From Candidatus Sysuiplasma jiujiangense (lineage in GTDB: Archaea; Thermoplasmatota; Thermoplasmata; Sysuiplasmatales; Sysuiplasmataceae): a stretch of DNA of 64,000 bases. Of the stretch, positions 32,301 through 40,214 are shown one piece after another. The notes under the pieces are model-generated. The model searched no databases and was not told the DNA's origin. It worked only from the letters and a program-made list of their open reading frames with translations. The DNA is taken from NCBI GenBank assembly GCA_019721075.1, contig JAHEAD010000002.1, positions 152,949 to 216,948 of the forward strand, read 5' to 3'. Numbering within the stretch: position 1 is the first letter of the stretch; each line of letters begins with the position of its first letter. A program made the position numbers and the translations under genes.

Positions 32301-33756
32301 TTTCTGCGCCGAGATATTCGAGTGCTGAAATCTTCCTGTCGAGTGCGTCAATCTGGCTCGTGGAAAATGTCTCCAGCATCTGGTGCATGCTCTTGAGGAG
32401 GGATGTGGACGCTTCGATAAATTCTTCAAACTTCTTTTCCTCAAACTTGCGCTTTGCGTCGGCATACTTGATGCCTATGTCCACCGAATTGCTTATAAGG
32501 GATATGAGAACAGAATATTCATTTTCCATTTTTGAGAGAAGCTCATCGGCGCGGTTCATGCGCTCCGAAAGCTCTTTGGACTCCTCATTTGCAAGTTCGG
32601 CCATCCTGACCGCTTCCTCAAATCTTCTTTTCTTTACGAGCTCCCTCACCTCATTCAGCCTCTGGTTTATGCCGGTGAGATCGGCTCCTCTTTTCATCGC
32701 CTCTGCAATATACTTCCTGCTGTTGAATAAGACCCTGGCAATGTAGTCATATTTCGCCTTCTCGAATTCTGCTTCGAACGACTTCAGCGAGGAATAGGCT
32801 TTTTCAAAATTGCCTTCTGAAAGGAGTCGCTCGATTTCCTTGATCTTCAGAGACGACGACGATGCAACAGCCTCGTTGAGCGTGCTGTTTGAAAGCTCGC
32901 TCCGGATGGTTTTTATGTTTGCCTCGAAAGCCTTCCTCAGCCTCTGGTCCACATCCCTCCGCAGGGACAGAAGTAGAGACTCTAACTCACCAAATTTCTG
33001 TTCCGGGGGGAGTGCCTGGATTGATGCAAGACGGTCTTTCATCGATGATGTGCCAAGACCGAACAGACGCGATATCTCAATTCTGGCGGATATATCCTTG
33101 ATCTGCGCATCTGCGTTCTTCCTGAACTGCGAGACTATCGAAACGCCTGCCTCCTCGAGCAGCCGGAACGCATTTTCATAATTCCCGGAACTCATTTCAT
33201 TCCTGGCGCTGGAAAGCAGGCTATCGACACCTTCAATTGCAAGGCCGTGCGACTTTGCCTCCACTATCGTTCTCTGGACTTTAGAAAATTCATTGGAATA
33301 CAGTTCGGATAAATTCTTTTCCTCCCTCGACCATACCTCTGTAATTGCTGCGTCCGCACTCTCGTACTCCTTTCTTGCAAGGAGCATGCGCACCTGCTCA
33401 ATGTTCTCGCCGACCATGCCGATGTTTACCCCCTTCGAGCGGAGGAATTCAAGGATTCTTGCAGTTGAATCTATCCTTGAACTGAATATCTTCTGAAGTT
33501 CCTCGTTGAGGCCGTCTATCGCAACGGAGGCGGCAGAGATGCATTCCCTGTACTCCCTTGCGTTGAAACTGACTTCAGCCTTCTTTGAATTCTCCTGGAA
33601 GTCCTTTGAGGAAAATCCGATTTTTTCGCAGAGCAGCGCAAGTGAGGACAGCTCCCTCATCTTGGCCTCGGCGTCCTCCTTCTCCTGGGCTATTTCCTTC
33701 GCCTTGTCGGCAAGCTGCTTGCCGAGTTTCATGTTGCCGAAATAGTTTCCTGTCAA
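29356..33756 (-). CDS. Giant alpha-helical repeat protein with C-terminal Ig-like and RING-like Zn-binding domains
   Basis: 1466 aa; roughly 20 helical repeats of about 60 aa; C-terminus CQYC-x12-CRC-x4-H-x2-C-x6-CEC; TTG start with GGTGA SD; no TM or signal peptide seen. Confidence 0.85.
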   Translation of the reverse strand: MTGNYFGNMKLGKQLADKAKEIAQEKEDAEAKMRELSSLALLCEKIGFSSKDFQENSKKAEVSFNAREYRECISAASVAIDGLNEELQKIFSSRIDSTARILEFLRSKGVNIGMVGENIEQVRMLLARKEYESADAAITEVWSREEKNLSELYSNEFSKVQRTIVEAKSHGLAIEGVDSLLSSARNEMSSGNYENAFRLLEEAGVSIVSQFRKNADAQIKDISARIEISRLFGLGTSSMKDRLASIQALPPEQKFGELESLLLSLRRDVDQRLRKAFEANIKTIRSELSNSTLNEAVASSSSLKIKEIERLLSEGNFEKAYSSLKSFEAEFEKAKYDYIARVLFNSRKYIAEAMKRGADLTGINQRLNEVRELVKKRRFEEAVRMAELANEESKELSERMNRADELLSKMENEYSVLISLISNSVDIGIKYADAKRKFEEKKFEEFIEASTSLLKSMHQMLETFSTSQIDALDRKISALEYLGAETLELNEQLENAVSFVRNSEYSKCIEITNRMDTEIEARLLQMNNSWLERAKKCTEQATGNMKERLGKLVEEAKQLQADHSYYRSACTAKDIVDWSGNGDVFRVQSLIQRSRRLLSIFPNLAVKSATTMLESAERQLAIDLEGALKTAGEAHDIIYGLIADYFSKVMSDLMAMVSTARRKKIEIGYGYNLIGRARAALKFEDFETANRMVSLANDEIQGKLRHVDEIAEKLEKAERQYQESKKLNLSIEGLEDRLNSARSALKHFDYLSASAAISEALEMEDRGMSSVLAPKEIIRLKGLIQLAGSLSLDVQEFEDTRVSISNLMRERNYYDALLASRKATADIESVIQNAIESAVKSVSAESARAEMEGVDVKLVESRLDRARELLARGQYEQAFSSISLADKELNFSRNAVTETANAISKAENFVEKLDELGIIDGSAIGMLRQSKTLLSNEQHLLSLQTAQKCTEICIMSLKTSGTGLLKRYSASVTSLISEDRLTEIRKKIDVIADAIQQGSENAIDGLLEIKDLNDRLKLQKEMAERTLDISNEKIESAAKQGVEIKSLKEETESIRSLLSAKKYREVIEKGIRIEQILDDMLSEVRLLRERVDETEKRLQSYNEAGVSEKGWFDDLQRAREFLREGRTSDAFSLLSSIDAASSEKLQAESVSALNGLEKATAAAEELGIEFRPGMVEQARKNMMEGHMLDALSISGPALKDISFVMIETLQGALSRAVDGIGYPDDLRLEADRKIEELVSEQRYEEAISYLRKTRENAARKAEIFKALAPLKDEIARISRELRNAGVNLRNIDGRLNAIYADLPDSSAAQATLILEELKRTRQSLIPRLKIRAANEAGGASVRIVNAGKAVALQVTSTVSGSTFRMNETIGNLKPGQERRIGISSGATGEVNVEVRSKNLLDEGESVTVKLFRMDKGSIQAVRICQYCRGRIREGMEVYECRCGREYHDVCSTRTDRCECGLAIAHK

Positions 33757-34019
33757 CTGGGCTTCACCGGCGTATATATATCATAATGAGTCAGCACAAC
33801 AGCTCGGATTTCCGTTCATTCCGTATAAATATAATGACGTAGTTACGCCGCCTGATTTTCAGCCAGCACTGCCTTTCGGGACGCAGGTGCTGGGCTGACT
33901 GCCGAAACTGCGTGATCCCGTATGGCTTCCAGGCTTCCTGGAGCGAGACATGTTCCGTCGCCGCAGAGGCTGCTGACATGTGGAAAAGATTATTCAACCG
34001 AAGCGTGATACCGGAGCCT

Positions 34020-34859
34020 ATGGGATTGGATGCACTTGGATTGAGGATGCCTACGGGCGTGTCTGATTTTGACTCCATAATAGACGGCGGACTTCCTGCC
34101 GGTTCCGTTGTTCTTCTGCTTGGAGACGTAGGAAGCGGTTTCGTTGAATTTGCATACACATCCGCCGCCAAAATTTCGCTGGCAATGGAGAGACCTGCAT
34201 CGATGAGCTATCTTATGGGTGACAGAGCTGCCGCTGGCAGGCTGCCGGAAAACATTCATTACGTCACTTTCTTCAAACCCAGGGAGGAAATACTTCAGGA
34301 AATATTGTTTTCATTCAACGAGGAGTTCCACGGGGCATTTGAAAAGAACGTGAAATTCACTGACTTCTCTGAGTATTATTTTGAGAAGTCAGTGGTGCCT
34401 GCATCGTGGGTGGACAGGCAGGGAGGCCTGCTGAGAAAAGGCTCTTCCTCGCTCATAAACTCGATTGTCGATTTTCTTGACAGGCAGGCGCAGGGCAGCT
34501 TCATAATCATTGATTCACTGACAGATCTTCTCCTGAGCGAAAGCATAGAACTGATGGATATTGTCGCGATGCTCCGCGGGATACAGCGCATGTCAAAAAA
34601 ATGGAAAGGCGTCATCTACCTCCTGCTGACTGAGGGCATACTTGAGAAGAGGAAGGAGCAGATGATAATAGACAGCGTTGACGGCGTGTTTGTCTTCGAA
34701 TGGAGCAAGAATACCAGCAGCAGCAAGAGGCAGCGATACATCTACATATCGAAGTTTGTGAGCCTGATGCCGCATCTCGACGAGCAGAGAGTGGCCAGAT
34801 TTGCAACAACTCTGACATCCCAGAGCGGCCTCGTGGTAATAGATACGGAGAGGATATGA
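34020..34859 (+). CDS. KaiC/RAD55-like RecA-fold protein, predicted inactive ATPase
   Basis: PTGVSDFDSIIDGGLPAGSVVLLLG start and IIIDSL retained; Walker A reads GDVGSGFVEF (no Lys); start uncertain (33978/34020/34047). Confidence 0.8.
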   Translation: MGLDALGLRMPTGVSDFDSIIDGGLPAGSVVLLLGDVGSGFVEFAYTSAAKISLAMERPASMSYLMGDRAAAGRLPENIHYVTFFKPREEILQEILFSFNEEFHGAFEKNVKFTDFSEYYFEKSVVPASWVDRQGGLLRKGSSSLINSIVDFLDRQAQGSFIIIDSLTDLLLSESIELMDIVAMLRGIQRMSKKWKGVIYLLLTEGILEKRKEQMIIDSVDGVFVFEWSKNTSSSKRQRYIYISKFVSLMPHLDEQRVARFATTLTSQSGLVVIDTERI

Positions 34860-35557
34860 TGGCCTCCGTACAGCCCACAGGGATAGAGGGACTGGATGAC
34901 ATGCTGGGAGGGGGCATACCTGGAGGTGCCATTGTTGTCATACTGGGGTCATTCGGCACGGGCAAGACGACAATGAGCATCCAGTATCTTCTGAAGGGAC
35001 TGAGTTCGGGCGAAAAATGCATTTACATTTCTCTTGAGGAGGACGAGAAATCAATTGTAAAGAACGCTCTGACCTATGGATGGAGACTCGGCGATTACAC
35101 CGGTAACGGAATGCTCTCGATAATCAAGCTTGAGCCGTCAGATGCCAAAACAACGCTTGAACGAGTGAAGAGCGAATTTCCCCGGTTCATCCGTGAATTC
35201 GGCGCAAGCAGGGTCGTAATAGACTCGATCTCGCTGCTGACCATGCTTTACGAGAGCGAATCGGAGAAGAGAACAGGCCTTTTCAACCTGTGCGACCTGA
35301 TAAGGCAGTCCGGTGCAGGCGCTCTTCTGACTTCGGAAGTAAATGAAAACCACCCCTCTTCCTCCAGAGACGGAATGGTGGAATATACGGCGGACGGCGT
35401 AATACTTCTCCAGAGCACGGAGTCGAAGGACGCTTCTGAGCAACAGCTTACGCTCAGGGTCGTAAAAATGAGGGGTGTGGCCCATTCGAGGAGGATAAAG
35501 CCTTACAGCATTACGAGAGAAGGGATAGTTGTTCATTCCGGATCGGAGATATTCTGA
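34856..35557 (+). CDS. KaiC/RAD55-family ATPase (single domain, intact motifs)
   Basis: TGIEGLDDMLGGGIP, GSFGTGKT, SLEE, VIDSI, EYTADGVI, KMRG; ATGA overlap. Confidence 0.92.
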   Translation: MMASVQPTGIEGLDDMLGGGIPGGAIVVILGSFGTGKTTMSIQYLLKGLSSGEKCIYISLEEDEKSIVKNALTYGWRLGDYTGNGMLSIIKLEPSDAKTTLERVKSEFPRFIREFGASRVVIDSISLLTMLYESESEKRTGLFNLCDLIRQSGAGALLTSEVNENHPSSSRDGMVEYTADGVILLQSTESKDASEQQLTLRVVKMRGVAHSRRIKPYSITREGIVVHSGSEIF

Positions 35558-35637
35558 AGTAAGCGTTTCCAACCGGACATTTCACTGAAAAGCGCGGTGA
35601 CCAGTCAACTCTATATCGGTGAAATAATTAGTTCCCC

Positions 35638-36228
35638 GTGATGGAGAATAAAATCCCGCCCGGACAGTTCTGGGGAAGGAAATTTGTAATCTACACGATA
35701 AACGGCGTTCCGCAGGTCGATCTGCAGAACTACAGGTTTGAACTGTTCGGAAGCGTTGACAGGCCCATTGCCATGGGCCTCGACGAGATTAGAGCCGTCT
35801 CGGACACAAAAATCACCAGGGACTTCCATTGCGTTACAAAATGGAGCATAAAGGACTGTGAATGGAAGGGCGTTCCTTTTTCTGAACTCAGTTCCAGGGC
35901 AGGTATCCGCTCGGAGGCAAACTTCGCGTATGCCTACTGCCTTGACGGCTATACGACTGTCATACCTGTCGAAAACATGCGTGACGCATTGCTTGCCATC
36001 GGACTGAACGGAGAGGACATTTCGCCCAAACAGGGTGCGCCGGTAAGGCTGGTGGTGCCGTCGCTGTACGGATGGAAAAGCGCAAAATGGGTCCATGCAA
36101 TTGAACTGCTGAAGGATTACAGGGACGGTTACTGGGAGGAGCGGGGATACCATGAGAGAGGAGATTTCATGCTTGAGGAACGTTACAAGGATCCTGCAGC
36201 CAGATTTATCCACAAGAAGGTAGCCTGA
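35638..36228 (+). CDS. Sulfite-oxidase-like molybdopterin-dependent oxidoreductase
   Basis: IPPGQ, DFHCVTKWS, WKGV, GAPVRLVVPSLYGWKSAKW, GYWEERGYH. Confidence 0.9.
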   Translation: MMENKIPPGQFWGRKFVIYTINGVPQVDLQNYRFELFGSVDRPIAMGLDEIRAVSDTKITRDFHCVTKWSIKDCEWKGVPFSELSSRAGIRSEANFAYAYCLDGYTTVIPVENMRDALLAIGLNGEDISPKQGAPVRLVVPSLYGWKSAKWVHAIELLKDYRDGYWEERGYHERGDFMLEERYKDPAARFIHKKVA

Positions 36229-36367
36229 TTTTACTCTGTTCCTCCTTTCCTCCGTGTTGAATCAGGCAGGCAACATCCAGACGGAACGGTTCAGGCTGCA
36301 TGATGCAGGCGGCTGCGAATACAGGAACGAAACTATATCTTTTTATCCGGTCTGCAATACAAGCCTC

Positions 36368-37351
36368 ATGAATTCTCTGACATTTAATGAGGACAGGGAG
36401 TATTCAGTTGCGGCCATGGGCGAGCCAATGGCTGAATTCTCGTTCTACGGCGGCAGCAGATACGCTCTGAGTTTCAGCGGAGATTCCATCAATCTGACCA
36501 CCTCCATTGCAAGACTCGGCCTTAAGCCGGCAGTGATATCCGCTGTCGGAGATGACCACTTCGGAAAGGCGCTCCTGGCCAATGCCACAGGAGAGGGGAT
36601 CTTCTGCGGGGGCATTACAGTGGAAACGGGCGGCTTTACGGGCATATATTTCATTGACGTCGGAAAGGAGGGGGAGCACGAGTTCACTTATTTCAGGCGT
36701 GGAAGTGCGGCATCAAAAATCAGGCTGTTGCCTGAACAGGAGGAGGTCATACGCAGTTCATCGGTCTTCCATTTCAGCGGCATCACGCAGGCGATAAGCA
36801 GGCAGTCTTACGAGGAGACGCTGAAGGCAGTGGCAATTGCCGGCAGATCCGGATGTCTCGTTTCGTATGATCTGAATTTCAGACAGAAACTGTGGAGCAG
36901 CAAAGAAGCCAGAAATGGTCTGTCGCAAATAAAGGAGTACGTGGATATCATATTTGTCAGCTCCGAGGATCATGAAATGCTGTTTGGAAAGGCCGGAGCC
37001 GATGAGGCGCTGGAGCATTACAGAGATCTCGGAGTGGAAAATATAGTCTACAAGGCAGGGAAAAACGGTTCATACGGATGGTTCAGCGGAAAGAGAGTCC
37101 GCCAGAAAATTTACAGGGTGAAGCCCGTGGACACAACAGGTGCGGGTGACGCATTTGACGCCGGCTTCCTTGCTGCGATAATAATGGGCAGGAGTTTCGG
37201 GGAAGCTATGAAAATGGGCGCTGTAAATTCGGCATTGAAATGCACCAGGAAAGGAGGAACAAGGGGACTTCCGCGGTATGCTGCAGTTTCAAGGATACTG
37301 AAAGGCAGCCTGCAGGCAAGCGCAAATGCCCGCAGCAGTAGAACGAAGTAA
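36368..37351 (+). CDS. PfkB-family sugar kinase (KDG kinase-like)
   Basis: GEPMAEF, VGDDHFG, YFRRGSAAS, YDLNFRQKLW, DTTGAGDAFDAG. Confidence 0.9.
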   Translation: MNSLTFNEDREYSVAAMGEPMAEFSFYGGSRYALSFSGDSINLTTSIARLGLKPAVISAVGDDHFGKALLANATGEGIFCGGITVETGGFTGIYFIDVGKEGEHEFTYFRRGSAASKIRLLPEQEEVIRSSSVFHFSGITQAISRQSYEETLKAVAIAGRSGCLVSYDLNFRQKLWSSKEARNGLSQIKEYVDIIFVSSEDHEMLFGKAGADEALEHYRDLGVENIVYKAGKNGSYGWFSGKRVRQKIYRVKPVDTTGAGDAFDAGFLAAIIMGRSFGEAMKMGAVNSALKCTRKGGTRGLPRYAAVSRILKGSLQASANARSSRTK

Positions 37352-37381
37352 AAATGCGGCCCGGAGGAGACCAGGCCGCAT
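37350..37381 (-). terminator. Hairpin plus T-run terminator (minus strand)
   Basis: ATGCGGCC (37354-37361) / GGCCGCAT (37374-37381) stem flanked by A5, which reads T5 on the minus strand. Confidence 0.6.
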
Positions 37382-37396
37382 GGGATGGGTTAATAT

Positions 37397-37504
37397 TCAG
37401 ACAAAGAGCGGTTCGCAGCCGTAAAGCCTGTAGACAGATATCCAGCTGCAATCATCGCCCTCTTCGGCTTCTTCAGCCTGTTCGAAGGAAATCTTATCGG
37501 TCAT
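37397..37504 (-). CDS. Putative 35-aa small protein MTDKISFEQAEEAEEGDDCSWISVYRLYGCEPLFV
   Basis: TTTAAATA box about 25 nt upstream of the ATG, terminator just downstream, acidic-then-aromatic/Cys composition. Confidence 0.5.
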   Translation of the reverse strand: MTDKISFEQAEEAEEGDDCSWISVYRLYGCEPLFV

Positions 37505-37792
37505 AACATGGCATTCTACCTGCTCTCGGTATTTAAACGGCACAGGGGGGAGGTCGCCGAAAGCGCCCACTCGGCTGCAGCAAAGCGGAGCAGAAACGGT
37601 TGTCACTGCCAAGGCTGGCATGCCGCTGATGCGCTGCTTCAGAATGCCTGCATGGCGCAGGGCAGACACAGGAAACGCAAATCCTGCCGAAGTGATGGTG
37701 GACTGCGGTTTGCTGGACAAGGACTGCATTTCTGAAGCTGATTAGATCATTCAATGGAAATGTTTTAATCATACCCAATTTAATGGAGAAAC

Positions 37793-38470
37793 GTGGCGAA
37801 GAAAAAAAAACTGGAAGAGGAGGAGTTCAAATTTGTTCCTCCTGAATTTGACGAAAGGGAATATATTGAAAAGGATCTCAGGGACAGCAAACTGCTCATC
37901 ATCACCACGATGTTCGGACTCGTGGCCGGCATTGCAGCGGCCGCTTCAAGCATCTTCCTGAACAGTGCGCTGCTCGGTTTCATACTGATAATTGTCGTTC
38001 TTGTCGTTGTTTTCAGGTTTCTCTATCCGCTCATGAAGGTCGAGGTGGATAAATTCAAGAGAACCGACTTCATTTACAAGGGAGGTACCATCATCGTCAC
38101 AGCGCTTGCCATCTGGATCCTGCTTGTCAATCCGCCATTCTATGTGATGAGCCCGCCTGCGATAAAAAACGTGTCTCTGTCTGAACAGACTTCTGCAGGG
38201 TGGATCAGCTACCCGCTCAACAGTTCAGGCGTGATACCCGCGGGAACAATCAACATTTCCGCGCGGGTGCTTCACCAGGGGCAGGTTTCGGTCTGGATTT
38301 ATCTGACCTCCGGCAACGGCACACGGAAGTACGCTATGAGCGAATCGGCACATTCTGAATATCAGTACATAGAGCACTTCGGTTCAGGAAGCTACAGTTT
38401 CATAATAAAGGCGGAACTGCCCAATGGAACATACACCGAAAGCCAGAGTTATCCGATAACAATCTCATGA
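37793..38470 (+). CDS. Hypothetical membrane protein (about 3 TM plus beta-rich C-terminal domain)
   Basis: Charged N-terminus EEEEFKFVPPEFDEREYI, hydrophobic segments, Ser/Tyr-rich beta domain; GGAG SD before GTG. Confidence 0.75.
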   Translation: MAKKKKLEEEEFKFVPPEFDEREYIEKDLRDSKLLIITTMFGLVAGIAAAASSIFLNSALLGFILIIVVLVVVFRFLYPLMKVEVDKFKRTDFIYKGGTIIVTALAIWILLVNPPFYVMSPPAIKNVSLSEQTSAGWISYPLNSSGVIPAGTINISARVLHQGQVSVWIYLTSGNGTRKYAMSESAHSEYQYIEHFGSGSYSFIIKAELPNGTYTESQSYPITIS

Positions 38471-39823
38471 CCGCTCCCACGGAAACGAGTGAAACAGCAG
38501 CCTCGAAAGCGCCTCCCTGTTTTCCGGACTGATCACATCATCGCCTGCGTAGATCTCCATCCGCTGGATGAGTTTGTCAAGATCAGCCCCGAAACCGACT
38601 GATTTTGCCTTCTGTCTCAGCAGCATTTCAGGCGTTCTGAATTCCTTCCCCGTCTCGGAATGAAGGCGTCCCTCGGCGACGAATATGTCCCCTCCTCCGG
38701 ATTTGTGTTTCGCAATGAAATTTTGCGCATTGGGAGACCAGCCGAACGGACCGGCTCTGACCCATTTTGAGGGGTGTTGCCTGTGAACCGTTTCGAACAG
38801 CAGCTTGATATCGGCGCCGGCATAGCCGAGCGTTCTGTTGACATCGAACCCATGGCTGTTGAGAAGCACGGAGACATTTTTAACTGCCTTGTTAAGCTGC
38901 GGATACAGATTGTCTTCCATGATATCCGGCCTGGGCAGTTTGATCATCAGTATACCATGTCCTGAGCGTTCCAGTTCATCCCTGATCTTCGAAAGGGGTG
39001 CAAGATGCTCCTGAGGCGGGAAAAAGAAATTCAGGCCCGGTTTATTCAGGTAACTTCTCGATGCAAGCACTGAAAGGGCAAATGAATCTTTTTCCAGCGC
39101 GGCCGCAACGTTCCTCTCCCGGTCCACCGGATCCGGAACGATGAGACATGAATCGGCATCCCTGAGTCTGTCGCCCAGTGATGCTCCAGGAGGGATTATG
39201 ACAGTCCCGTAATCCCAGGCAGAGGCAGCCTCGACGACCGAACGGAAATCGCGATACGCCAGCACCAGAAGTTCGCAGAGATATCCGGAAAAACCATGTG
39301 TTTTTGCTTCCGCACCGTAAACCCCGGTTCCCTTGAAGAACTGTTTCAGCAGCCTCACATGGTCCCTCTGGCTTTCGGACATGGTCCTGTTGATGAACTC
39401 CGTATGGAAGGGGGTCCTGTCGACGGCTGACATCCTGGCTGAGCTGTCGCGGATTGAATAGCATGGGACAAGGTCGATGGCAACGTTGTTGCTTTTGCCC
39501 CTGACATATGGATGCTCTGCGTATTTCAGAAACGGCTCATCCAGTATTGCCATCCCCATGGCTATGCCGTATTTTTCCAGTTCCTTTCTTGTAACATTAT
39601 CGGGAAATTTCACAAATACGTCCACATCCGGATTCCTGAGGAAGGTATTCTTTGAAACAGAACCGACAAGCGTCGGTTCCACCCTGATTCCAGGAGGGAA
39701 GTTACTTGAGGCATAGTCGGCGGCCTTGGCAATTACGTTCCGGACTGCTTCGCTGATGCGCCGGATCTCCGCTGCGTCCGGCTTTATTCTTGAAAGTACG
39801 TTCTCCTCCAGATCTGGATGCAT
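38465..39823 (-). CDS. cca: Archaeal class I CCA-adding tRNA nucleotidyltransferase
   Basis: VGSVSKNTFL..PDVDVF, YAEHPY, SAVDRTPFHT, GFSGYLCELL, DPVDRERNVAAAL; start taken at MHPDLEE. Confidence 0.95.
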   Translation of the reverse strand: MHPDLEENVLSRIKPDAAEIRRISEAVRNVIAKAADYASSNFPPGIRVEPTLVGSVSKNTFLRNPDVDVFVKFPDNVTRKELEKYGIAMGMAILDEPFLKYAEHPYVRGKSNNVAIDLVPCYSIRDSSARMSAVDRTPFHTEFINRTMSESQRDHVRLLKQFFKGTGVYGAEAKTHGFSGYLCELLVLAYRDFRSVVEAASAWDYGTVIIPPGASLGDRLRDADSCLIVPDPVDRERNVAAALEKDSFALSVLASRSYLNKPGLNFFFPPQEHLAPLSKIRDELERSGHGILMIKLPRPDIMEDNLYPQLNKAVKNVSVLLNSHGFDVNRTLGYAGADIKLLFETVHRQHPSKWVRAGPFGWSPNAQNFIAKHKSGGGDIFVAEGRLHSETGKEFRTPEMLLRQKAKSVGFGADLDKLIQRMEIYAGDDVISPENREALSRLLFHSFPWERS

Positions 39824-40214
39824 ATGGAAGGGAATAGGTGGCTGGTTCAATAATCCTTCCACCAGACAGGCGGAAGCGCAGCATGCGTAGTACCAGCCCC
39901 AGAAACCAATGTGGTGGGGATAAAACATTTGCTTAGGAGGAAAGTTGAGCCATCAGTCTCCGGGAACTGGCACGGATCATAATTTATCATATCATCATAT
40001 ATGAAAATTCCTATTCTGTTAAAGAGTTGACAATGCACTGAATTCCGTTCATCATAAATTACGCAAAACTATTACTAAAAATAGAAGACAATGTCAGCTT
40101 CTCTGCAGGGGGAACGGCACAGTCGTGGAATGAGCATTGCGCGATTGCCGGAAAAGCAGTAAAATGCGCAAAATTACAATTAGGTCGTGGGTGTTGCCCG
40201 AAGAAGGTGACAGG

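Noticed and set aside
29356..33756. SMC/Rad50 assignment for the giant helical protein
   Set aside because: No Walker A/B, signature motif or hinge; the pattern is short helical-bundle repeats
37545..37600. RNase P RNA-like words (GAGG...GCCCAC, CAGAAACG)
   Set aside because: Lacks the GAGGAA-N-UCC and matching 3' P4 strands; too short
39824..39928. In-frame N-terminal extension of CCA enzyme (MFYPHHIGFWGWYYACC...)
   Set aside because: Homology to class I CCA enzymes begins at MHPDLEENVL; the extension is probably an open frame through the promoter
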